A stretch of DNA of 64,000 nucleotides, from NCBI GenBank assembly GCA_944380355.1, contig CALWHJ010000001.1, positions 214,739-278,738 on the forward strand. Reading direction: 5' to 3'. Source of the DNA: an uncultured Christensenellaceae bacterium (GTDB lineage Bacteria > Bacillota > Clostridia > Christensenellales > UBA3700). Numbering within the stretch: the first letter of the stretch is position 1; every line of letters begins with the position of its first letter. The translations under genes and the position numbers were made by a program. The notes below the pieces were generated by a model. The model saw nothing but the letters and a program-made list of their open reading frames with translations, was not told the origin of the DNA and did not search any database. Positions 8,327 to 16,470 of the stretch are shown here, piece after piece.

Positions 8327-9961
8327 ATGGAAGACAATCAAAACGTGACCGCTACTCCCGCGGACGAGCAAACCTTGCCTAATACAGGCGACAAATCCAA
8401 AATGTCCAAATGGGAGATTATCGCTTACAGCGGCGGTGAAATTTACGGCGGCGGTTATGCCGCTTTGCTGGGCGTTGTGCTCACTTTCTTTTTGACCAAC
8501 CTCATTCTCGTCGGAATCAAAAACGCCGAACTCTATGCGGCAATCATTATCGTCGTATCCAAAGTATGGGACGCTATCTCCGACCCTCTTATGGGCGTGA
8601 TATCCGACAACACCCGCTCGCGCCTCGGCAGACGCAGACCCTGGATTATCATAGGCGGCGCGCTCGTGCCGGTTGCGTTTGCGATAATGTTTCTGCCTTG
8701 GGCAAAAGGTATAGAAAATCAAGGACTGAGAATAGCTTACGCTTGCTTTGCATATTTCCTTCTCTGCACGGTCAACACTATATCGCAAGTGCCTTTTATG
8801 TCCCTGAGCGCAGAGATTTCCACCGACTACAAAGAACGTAACAAAGCCAACTCCGTAAAACTTATTTTCTCCATTCTCGCTTCGGGTCTTTTCTACCTCA
8901 TACCCGCCGCGGCTACGGAAGCTTACTCTGCATACATTTCTCACGAAGAATCTATGTTCGGCACCGTCAACGAAACGGGATTCTTCCTCATCGTAGCAGT
9001 GCTTTGCGGAGTTATTTTCGGCGTGGCTACCTGCCTTACCGGTATCTTCACAAAAGAACGTACTCCTTACGACAAAAATGTCAAGAGTACTTTCTCTTTC
9101 AAAAGTTATGCGGTACCCCTCAAAAATAAGTCGTACAGATATCACCTTCTGATGTATCTTATGGCTTTCGGCTGCTACGATTTCATATCCGCACTCGTAC
9201 TCTACTACGTTACCGCGGTAGTACCTCAAATCACCATCTTCGGTATGACTATGAGTTCGCTGTTTATCGTCGCGCCTATGATGGTTATGGCTGCCGTAAC
9301 GTACCCTATCAATATGAAACTCAAATCGACTAAAGGCAAACAGTTCGCTTACCGCTGGGGACTCCCCTTCTATATCATCGGCGCGATAGGTCTTGCCGTA
9401 TTCCCCAACACTACCAATACCAACGTAAGCTGGCTGCTTTTGATTTGCTCGTGCATTATGGGTATCGGTTTCGGCGGAGCGCAGATGATGCCCTGGATGA
9501 TTTTCCCCGACACACAGGACGTAGCCGAACTTAAGACGGGCGTAAAAGATACGGGCTGTTACAGCGGACTTATGACTTTCGCTAGAAAAATAGGCACCGC
9601 GCTCGCTCAGAGCATAGTGCTCGTAGTACTCGCCTGCGTAGGCTACAGCGCATACAATGCCGAAATAATCAACAACAAAACCCTTATTGCCCAAGCCGCC
9701 GAAAAAGGAGAAGAAATCGACACTTCCGGTATGCTTCTCGCTTTCCCCGCAAAAGTAACGGTCGCAATCAGAGTTATGTTTGCCGTTGCCGTACTCGTAA
9801 TGATAAGCATAGGAATATGGGCTTCCGTAAAATATAAGGTTACGGATAAAAAACTCGCTCGCATCAAGTACTTCCTCGAGAAACAGCGTGCAGGTGAAAA
9901 CGATACTCTGACCGAAGAGGAAAAAGCCGAAAAACAAGCACTTCTGGAGGAACTCGGCTGA
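8327..9961 (+). CDS. GPH-family (MelB/MFSD2-like) cation symporter
   Basis: 544-aa polytopic ORF with the GPH signature (WDAISDPLMGVISDNTRSRLGRRRPW). Confidence 0.8.
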   Translation: MEDNQNVTATPADEQTLPNTGDKSKMSKWEIIAYSGGEIYGGGYAALLGVVLTFFLTNLILVGIKNAELYAAIIIVVSKVWDAISDPLMGVISDNTRSRLGRRRPWIIIGGALVPVAFAIMFLPWAKGIENQGLRIAYACFAYFLLCTVNTISQVPFMSLSAEISTDYKERNKANSVKLIFSILASGLFYLIPAAATEAYSAYISHEESMFGTVNETGFFLIVAVLCGVIFGVATCLTGIFTKERTPYDKNVKSTFSFKSYAVPLKNKSYRYHLLMYLMAFGCYDFISALVLYYVTAVVPQITIFGMTMSSLFIVAPMMVMAAVTYPINMKLKSTKGKQFAYRWGLPFYIIGAIGLAVFPNTTNTNVSWLLLICSCIMGIGFGGAQMMPWMIFPDTQDVAELKTGVKDTGCYSGLMTFARKIGTALAQSIVLVVLACVGYSAYNAEIINNKTLIAQAAEKGEEIDTSGMLLAFPAKVTVAIRVMFAVAVLVMISIGIWASVKYKVTDKKLARIKYFLEKQRAGENDTLTEEEKAEKQALLEELG

Positions 9962-10800
9962 TGAAAAAACAATATACCGCAGAAGACTTTCATACTCTGC
10001 CCCTTACGGGTCTTACGGGAGCGCTGTGCAAAATTATGGACATACCCGCCCCTAAGCAAAGTCAAGGCGTACTCGAAGAGCTTTGCTCTTTTGTGGACAG
10101 TAAAACGGACGGAAAAGGCGTGGACAGAATACTTATGTTCAACCCCGACGCAATAGGCACTTATACCTACCGCAAGTATTCTGCTAAATTCGACGCGGTA
10201 AAACAATACGCGCCTTTCGAGCTGAATATGCTTACCGTATTTCCGCCCAAAACTCCCGTTTGTTTCGGAAGTATGTATACGGGCGCATCTCCCGAAGTAC
10301 ACGGAATACAGCACTACGAAAAACCCGTAATTAGAATCGACACGATATTCGATGCAATGATACGCGCCGGCAAAAAGCCCTGTATAGTCGCAGTAAAAAA
10401 TTCGAGTATGGCAAAAATTTTTCTCGAGAGAGATATGGATTACTATATCGAAGACTACGACAACGAAGCCGTTACCCGCGCGCTTTCGCTCATAAAAGAA
10501 GATAAGTACGATTTGATATGCGTGTATAATCAGGAATTCGACGACGTTATGCACCGCTCTCACCCCGACTCTATGCGCTCGCAAAAAGCTATCGACCACT
10601 ACTCTCTTTCGATGTCGCTTTTGGGTGAAGCCGTAAAGACTTATTGGCAAAATCACAATACGCTAATCGGCTATGCGCCCGACCACGGTACGCACAGAGA
10701 ATGGTATCTTTTGGGACAGCACGGAAAGAATATTCCTAAAGATATGAATATCACTCATTTTTACGGTGTAATTCCCAAAACGCAAAACAGCAAAAACTGA
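9961..10800 (+). CDS. alkaline-phosphatase-superfamily phosphodiesterase (nucleotide pyrophosphatase/phosphodiesterase-like)
   Basis: 279-aa ORF whose start overlaps the symporter stop (TGATG). NPP-type motifs are present: the Thr nucleophile context FPPKTPVCFGSMYTGASPEVHGI, then EFDDVMHRSHP, then APDHGTH. Confidence 0.6.
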   Translation: MKKQYTAEDFHTLPLTGLTGALCKIMDIPAPKQSQGVLEELCSFVDSKTDGKGVDRILMFNPDAIGTYTYRKYSAKFDAVKQYAPFELNMLTVFPPKTPVCFGSMYTGASPEVHGIQHYEKPVIRIDTIFDAMIRAGKKPCIVAVKNSSMAKIFLERDMDYYIEDYDNEAVTRALSLIKEDKYDLICVYNQEFDDVMHRSHPDSMRSQKAIDHYSLSMSLLGEAVKTYWQNHNTLIGYAPDHGTHREWYLLGQHGKNIPKDMNITHFYGVIPKTQNSKN

Positions 10801-10840
10801 TATCAAACAGTTTTTCGGTTTAAAAACTGCGAATTTAAAA

Positions 10841-10866
10841 GTCCGCTTACGATGCGGGCTTTTTCT
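10841..10866 (+). terminator. intrinsic terminator
   Basis: Stem gtccgc/gcgggc followed by a T-run. Confidence 0.55.
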
Positions 10867-11064
10867 ATTGAGATAGCGTTATGCTTTGATTTTCATAGCG
10901 CAACAATGACTTATTTTGAGGCCGCAGATATCTTTCTATCAGTCGATTGTTATTTTTATAACAAGCCTTTTTGCTTTATATACCGATTTTATAGCCTTAT
11001 AAAGTACTAAAACACGTAAAAATATTAAAAAAAACACTTTGGTATTGACAAAGTTTTTGTCTTA

Positions 11065-11781
11065 ATGTTTAATAGAATTATGGAAGTGTTGTTAGGTGTT
11101 TTGATGGCGGTTTGCCTTGTAATGGGCGTTCTTAAAAGCTACTGTCGCAACAAAGAATATCTCGAATACGAACTGCTCTTCAAAACTTGCGGTTCGTTGA
11201 GTTTCGTATGTCTGGGCATTCTGGCTTTTTATATCTCGGGTACGGACAATATACAATATGCGCTGGCTGTAATAATAGCGCTCGTACTCGGACTTTTGGG
11301 CGATATCTTCTTGTGCCTTTACGATATAATCGTAATACCCAAACACAAAGACTTCGTGCAGTATGTCGGCGTAACGTTCTTTTTCCTCGGACATATATGC
11401 TATATGTTCAATTTCCTCTCGCTCGCGCCGCTCAAACTCTATCTTATTCCTTTCGTCATAATAATGCCTGCGATTTATCTCGTACTCGCTCTTACGAAAA
11501 AGGTAAAGACAAATACTCTTCAAAACGTATTTCTTACTATTTATTTTCTTGCACTGAATCTGATACTGCTCTCTTCCATAAACTTGATAATCGTAAGAGA
11601 AGATACGGTATTCCCTATTCTGGTGCTCATTGCAAGCACGCTGTTTATATCGTCGGATATAGTACTCGGACTTTCGTGGTTTGCCCCCTCGGCAAAACTG
11701 CATAAAAACTACGACCTCTATGTCATACTCAGCTACTTTGCGGCACAATGCATATACGCTATATCAATATACTTTGTATGA
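11065..11781 (+). CDS. YhhN-family membrane protein (lysoplasmalogenase family)
   Basis: 238-aa ORF with about 8 TM segments. It has the two half-repeat motifs typical of YhhN/TMEM86 (LLGDIFL and FISSDIVLG). Confidence 0.55.
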   Translation: MFNRIMEVLLGVLMAVCLVMGVLKSYCRNKEYLEYELLFKTCGSLSFVCLGILAFYISGTDNIQYALAVIIALVLGLLGDIFLCLYDIIVIPKHKDFVQYVGVTFFFLGHICYMFNFLSLAPLKLYLIPFVIIMPAIYLVLALTKKVKTNTLQNVFLTIYFLALNLILLSSINLIIVREDTVFPILVLIASTLFISSDIVLGLSWFAPSAKLHKNYDLYVILSYFAAQCIYAISIYFV

Positions 11782-11807
11782 GTATGATTGCTCCCCGACA
11801 CAACGAA

Positions 11808-11833
11808 AAGACGCCTCAAGGGCGTCTTTTTTT
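11808..11833 (+). terminator. intrinsic terminator
   Basis: Stem gacgcc/ggcgtc followed by a run of seven T. Confidence 0.7.
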
Positions 11834-11898
11834 AACCAAATTATAAACTGTTTATCTTATAAGCAGTCAAGCTCGACAGGTTAACTAACCGAAAATCC

Positions 11899-12210
11899 CT
11901 ACCGCCGAGAAGGGGTGCGAAATAGACTGTAAGCAGTGAATTTTGCGATGCTTTGTTGTACCGCTAGCGAGCGGTGCGGATAAGATTTGAGACGCGCATC
12001 TTACGGCTGTTATTTTGTTGAGGCACTTGACAATACGGCAAGTATTGCCGTCGCACCTCGCCGCATAACAACCGCAATCTGCTACTCTCAAATTGCAAGC
12101 CCCGTATTACGGCTTATCCTTACCGCTTCTTATCGGCAATGCGAAAGGAAGAAGTAATACTTGCTGTATTACGATGACGCAGAATTGAAAAGCGGAAACG
12201 CAGAATTGAC
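11899..12210 (+). repeat. copy 1 of a dispersed ~0.3-kb hairpin-rich noncoding element (5' arm plus core, no 3' arm)
   Basis: Aligns almost base-for-base with 46584-46880. It contains nested helices and has no conserved ORF. Confidence 0.8.
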
Positions 12211-12225
12211 ATATATATAAACTCA

Positions 12226-12576
12226 GTACCGCCGAGAAGGGGTGCGGGCTAGGCTGTAAACAACAGATTTTCCGATAATTTGCTTTGAGAAGGACTAAAT
12301 AATACTTAATTCACATACCAGGTACCGCCGAGAAGGGGTGCGAAATAGACTGTAAGCCGTGGATTTTGCGTTTTGTATTTAAGTAAAGTCCAACAGAATT
12401 AATAACAAAACCCGTACCGCCGAGAAGGGGGGCGGGCTAGGCTGTAAACAACAGTTTTTCCGATAATTTGCTTTGAGAAGGACGAAGTAATACTGGATGT
12501 ATTATGAGGACGCCGAAACGCAAATTACGGAAAAGATGCGTTTAGAGACAGCCCGCATCCCCTTCGAGGCGGTACC
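12226..12576 (+). repeat. tandem array of three further 5'-arm modules, ending in a 163-bp mini-element with inverted terminal arms
   Basis: The module gtaccgccgagaaggggtgcg starts at 12226, 12322 and 12414. The inverted partner agcccgcatccccttcgaggcggtacc lies at 12550-12576. Confidence 0.8.
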
Positions 12577-12578
12577 AA

Positions 12579-12899
12579 TCACATATACGCCACGCCCATT
12601 GAGAACAACGCCAGATAGCATATCAGCACAAGCAATATGACCATTAACCAGATTATAAATCCGTAAATAGCGTTTCTTGCAAGAACTTTTGAAAAGACGG
12701 GATAAGTCTTTCTGAAACAAAAACTGACTATAAGCCCCACAAAAGGCAACAATATCGCGGTCAACACAAGATACCTTGCCAAGTGAATATTGACAAGTTC
12801 TCTCGACTTTGTGTTGGGATTGTAGAGTTGCTCGCCGCAGTAAGGACAAATCACCATATCTTTATCCACTTCTCTGCCGCATTTGGGACACTGATTCAT
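12579..12899 (-). CDS. zinc-ribbon membrane protein of unknown function
   Basis: 106-aa ORF with an N-terminal CPKCG...CPYCG zinc ribbon followed by two hydrophobic helices. Confidence 0.55.
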   Translation of the reverse strand: MNQCPKCGREVDKDMVICPYCGEQLYNPNTKSRELVNIHLARYLVLTAILLPFVGLIVSFCFRKTYPVFSKVLARNAIYGFIIWLMVILLVLICYLALFSMGVAYM

Positions 12900-12984
12900 A
12901 GCTTTATTTTATCACTCTTTCTTTGCCTAGTCAATACAAAAGCCCCCTCGGCAAAGGGAGCTTTACGTGTATTTTTCTTTTGAT

Positions 12985-14712
12985 TTATTTGCAGGAATTG
13001 AGCGCGTCAAGTTCGGTCTTTATTATCTCACCGACTACATCGACAGCACTGTCGTAAGCGTACTTCTTGCTTTCCTTTGTTTTGCGGATTGTGATTTCCA
13101 CCTCGTCGGTAGCAAGACTCTTGGGAGATACTACTATACGTATAGGCATTCCCATCAAATCCGCATCGTTGAATTTGATTCCCGCAGCTACGTCTCTGTC
13201 GTCGAAAAGTACGTCGACGCCTGCCTTCTTGAGTTTGTCATACAAATCGTATGCCTTTTTTGCCACGGTTTCGTCATCGATTCTCAAAGGACACAAGTGT
13301 ACCTGCCAAGGCGCAACCGTCATAGGAAGCACAAGTCCTTTATCGTCTCCCGACTCCTGCGCTATCGAAGCTATCGCTCTGCCTACGCCTATTCCGTAGC
13401 AACCCATAATAGGATTGAAAAGCGAACCGTCCTGAGCCGCAACCGTCATACCCATAGATTTGGTGTATTTTACTCCGAGTTGGAATATATTGCCGATTTC
13501 GATACCGTTTTCTATCCTGAGTTTTCCTCCGCAAACGGGGCATCTGTCTCCCTCTCTTGCTTTGGAGATATCGTAAAACTCAGCGTCAGGCATATCCCTT
13601 TTGAAGTTAAAGCCCGTATAGTGATATTCGGGTTTGTTGGCACCTATCACGAGCGCGTTGACGTCGGCAAGCGACTTGTCGTAAACGGTAATGATACTCT
13701 TGTCGAGATTATAGGGACCTATATTTCCGCAAGCAATTACCTCGCTTACTCCGCCATCATAAGGCACGATATCCTTTTTGAGAACTTTTTTGAGTTTTGC
13801 TTCGTTGACTTCAAGGTCTCCTCTGGTGAAAGCTATAACTACTTCTTCGCTGTTGCCCTTGACCGCAAATACTACGGCTTTGCAAGAAAACTCCGCTTTC
13901 TTGTTAAGACGTCTGCATACCTCTTCGATAGTCTTGTCCTCTCCCGTAAATACCTCTCGCAAAGGCTCAATCTCGCACTCTGCAGGATTGATTTTGCCTT
14001 CGGCAACTTCCATATTCGCTCTGTAATCGCAATCGTTGCAAAGTACTATGCTGTCCTCGCCTACTTCGGTCAGAAGCATAAACTCGTGCGCTATACTGCC
14101 GCCCATCATACCGCTGTCGGATTTGATGTCTATAAAGTTTTTAAGCCCTATTCTCTTGAAAATTCTTACGTATGCGTCAAAAACCTTGTAGTAGTAATTC
14201 TCGAGGTCCTCTTTTGTGGCGTGGAAAGAATATGCGTCCTTCATAGTAAACTCTCTTACTCTTATAAGTCCGCCTCTCGCTCTCGCTTCGTCTCTGAATT
14301 TGGTCTGTATCTGATAAATCATCATAGGAAGCTGCGTATAGCTGCTTACGATATGATTAGCAAGGTGTACTGCCGCCTCTTCGTGCGTCATACCGAGGAG
14401 CATATCTCTGTTGCTTCTGTCCTTGAATCTTACCATTTCGCTGCCGATAGTGTTGTATCTGTCGGAAAGCTCCCACAATTCTTTTGGCATTACGACAGGG
14501 AAAAGCACTTCCTGACCGTCGAGCGCGTCCATCTCTTCGCGAATAATATTCTGAATCTTCTGGCTCATCTTCTGACAAGGCATCGTCATAGTGTAGATAC
14601 CTCCCGCAACCTGCTTTATATAGCCGGCTCTGGAGAGAAGAATATGGCTCTTTATTTTTGCGTCCTGGGGAGCGTCTTTAGTACGTTCGCAGACCAACTT
14701 GCTGAGTAACAT
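12985..14712 (-). CDS. proS: proline--tRNA ligase (bacterial type with editing insertion)
   Basis: 575-aa ORF with typical ProRS N-terminus (SHILLSRAGYIKQVAGGIYT), class II motifs and a C-terminal anticodon-binding domain. Confidence 0.95.
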   Translation of the reverse strand: MLLSKLVCERTKDAPQDAKIKSHILLSRAGYIKQVAGGIYTMTMPCQKMSQKIQNIIREEMDALDGQEVLFPVVMPKELWELSDRYNTIGSEMVRFKDRSNRDMLLGMTHEEAAVHLANHIVSSYTQLPMMIYQIQTKFRDEARARGGLIRVREFTMKDAYSFHATKEDLENYYYKVFDAYVRIFKRIGLKNFIDIKSDSGMMGGSIAHEFMLLTEVGEDSIVLCNDCDYRANMEVAEGKINPAECEIEPLREVFTGEDKTIEEVCRRLNKKAEFSCKAVVFAVKGNSEEVVIAFTRGDLEVNEAKLKKVLKKDIVPYDGGVSEVIACGNIGPYNLDKSIITVYDKSLADVNALVIGANKPEYHYTGFNFKRDMPDAEFYDISKAREGDRCPVCGGKLRIENGIEIGNIFQLGVKYTKSMGMTVAAQDGSLFNPIMGCYGIGVGRAIASIAQESGDDKGLVLPMTVAPWQVHLCPLRIDDETVAKKAYDLYDKLKKAGVDVLFDDRDVAAGIKFNDADLMGMPIRIVVSPKSLATDEVEITIRKTKESKKYAYDSAVDVVGEIIKTELDALNSCK

Positions 14713-14897
14713 TTTTATACCTCGCGTGTAAAATTCTTTAATTCTTTGTTATTTTAGCATATACGTCCGACAAAAGCAAGTATTAACGCATAAAGGATAA
14801 AAAAAGCGTTTTGCCTCTTTTAAAGCGGTTTACGATACGACATCTATTGTACATATGCACATATTCGCATATGCCGATATCAACATAACGGTATATG

Positions 14898-14942
14898 AAA
14901 AAATGCGCATATCTTTGTATTTGCAAAGGAAAGTATGCGCAT
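14898..14942 (-). terminator. intrinsic terminator downstream of the ferritin-like gene
   Basis: On the minus strand, a 9-bp outer stem atgcgcata/tatgcgcat encloses an inner ctttg/caaag stem. A T-run follows. Confidence 0.6.
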
Positions 14943-14967
14943 CGGTACATATTAATTTTTTGGTTTG

Positions 14968-16209
14968 TCAGGACAAGAATTCCGAGGTATTGTCCTTGTG
15001 TCTGTCCTGCAAAGCTACTACGGGGTGCTCTGCAATCTGATAGCGGTAATCAATACCCTTTTTGGCTATATAGTCTTCGATTACCCTATGGGACGGCGTA
15101 AGCTTTTTGGAGTGATTAACTATATCTTGATAGGCAAAATATTCCGCGTCGGAGGGCAAGTCCTCGACTTTTGCATACCCTTCCCTGTCCGCAGTCATAT
15201 CCACCGTGTTGCTCAGTATATTTCTGATATAGTCCTTGTGCGGACAAAATTCTATAAGAGAAGGAAACTCACCGTCGGGAATAACTTCCTCCGCGATGAT
15301 TTTGCCGTACTTTTCCAAAAGCGATTTAGCTATATTCAAATGGCACAGCTCCTCTTCGAAAAACTCCTCCCACATAAGTTTGAGCCTGTTGTCCTTTTCG
15401 CCGTTGTAACACGAATAATACAAATACGCTTCGCAGTATTCGTGCATAAGCAGATTTTCGAGAAAAGAAGGCTTGGTATCGAGAAGCGACCCGTAATGCG
15501 TGACGTGCTGTTCTTCAATCATAGCTATCTCGTTGTAAAGTTCGCGTCCCAAAGACGAACCCTCGTAAAACGCTCCCGCGTTCATATAGTAATTCATCGT
15601 CTGCTGTTCGGCGGCGGTAATGGTCATAATATGAAGCACGGTAGAGAGTTTTTCCTGTTTGTTGTCGATATGTTTTTTTATGCTGTCATAGGGATGGCGG
15701 TGTTCGGATATGGTAGGACGTCCGGGCATTATCTCGGCATATTCTCCCACAAGTCTTTGCGCCTTTACGCCTTGCTCCATTTCAAGCAAATCCGCATAGC
15801 GGTAAAGATGGTCAAAGTCTTCGAGCAGCGCAAAGTCGAGTGCTTGCTTTACATAGGGATTGCTCTCTTTGAGCGCAAGTTCTGCCGTCAAATCGACCGC
15901 AAGATGCTCGTAGCCTATAGTATGCTCGAGAATATTCTCGTTTTGAGGTTTGAGCGAGGATATACGCTTTTGCTGTTGTGCTTCGCCGCGCCTTATCGCC
16001 GCCAAAGCGCGACGTATATCGTTGTTGTCGCAAGTTCTGGAAAACCTGTGCGAAAAGTTGATAGCCTCAAATTCCGTACCGTTCATAAGTATGATTCTCA
16101 GTTTGGAATAGGGGTCTGCCGTCTCTTTGTCGTATGCCTTGGAAGTAAGCTTGGGCATTGATACGTAATAATTGTCAATAGACTTGCTCTTTATATCGAA
16201 AGGATTCAT
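14968..16209 (-). CDS. ferritin-like (di-iron carboxylate type) superfamily protein, function unknown
   Basis: 413-aa soluble ORF with repeated E...ExxH-like helices (ILEHTIGYEH, LEDFDHLYRY, AAEQQTMNYY, IEEQHVTHY, MHEYCEAY, EEELCHL). Confidence 0.4.
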   Translation of the reverse strand: MNPFDIKSKSIDNYYVSMPKLTSKAYDKETADPYSKLRIILMNGTEFEAINFSHRFSRTCDNNDIRRALAAIRRGEAQQQKRISSLKPQNENILEHTIGYEHLAVDLTAELALKESNPYVKQALDFALLEDFDHLYRYADLLEMEQGVKAQRLVGEYAEIMPGRPTISEHRHPYDSIKKHIDNKQEKLSTVLHIMTITAAEQQTMNYYMNAGAFYEGSSLGRELYNEIAMIEEQHVTHYGSLLDTKPSFLENLLMHEYCEAYLYYSCYNGEKDNRLKLMWEEFFEEELCHLNIAKSLLEKYGKIIAEEVIPDGEFPSLIEFCPHKDYIRNILSNTVDMTADREGYAKVEDLPSDAEYFAYQDIVNHSKKLTPSHRVIEDYIAKKGIDYRYQIAEHPVVALQDRHKDNTSEFLS

Positions 16210-16470
16210 TTTTCTCTCCTTGTAAGGGTATTTTTATTGAAAGTATTGACGCTTTTTAGTATTTTAGACGCGATTTTGTGAAGTTTTTAACCTACTTTTC
16301 TAAAAAATACCGCCTATGAGCCGATAACTCTATATACATTAAAAATATTGTCGTTAAAATAAAATTTATTTTACGTTTTGGTAAAATTTATGCCGAAAAC
16401 ACTTTTTATTTAATTGATTTAGTGATAGAATAAGAATGCCGTAAAGGTTAGTATTTTTCAAGGAGTAAGT

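Noticed and set aside
11885-12091. The 68-aa ORF (minus) inside repeat copy 1, the 67-aa ORF (plus, 46674-46877) inside copy 2, and the 115-aa ORF 12502-12849.
   Set aside because: The two ORFs in homologous repeat sequence lie on opposite strands, so neither frame is conserved. ORF 12502-12849 overlaps the better-supported zinc-ribbon gene in another frame and runs into the repeat arm.
11899-12576. Possible CRISPR array, because a ~35-nt motif recurs at roughly 92-96-bp spacing.
   Set aside because: Only four copies are present. The supposed spacers are themselves repeated between units, and the repeat subtypes alternate. One inverted copy closes the array, and the first unit is followed by a 300-nt core that recurs at 46584. 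No cas genes or leader are in the window.
12967-14709. Very long antisense ORFs: 8288-9937, 12967-14709, 14965-16161, 32755-34065, 39832-40806, 42982-43986, 49342-51387, 54220-55266, 55266-56315, 56539-58056, 59xxx/60130-61140, 63165-63788 and others.
   Set aside because: All lie in the codon-aligned antisense register of genes with clear family motifs. Their translations are low-complexity (rich in Y/F/V/R/H) with no recognisable domains. They are explained by avoidance of TTA/CTA/TCA codons in the sense genes.
14713-14897. T-box leader expected upstream of proS.
   Set aside because: On the minus strand I found no AGAGA/GNUGNGA Stem I elements, no GGUGGNACCGCG-like T-box sequence and no leader terminator. 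The only strong hairpin there is the terminator of the upstream ferritin-like gene.
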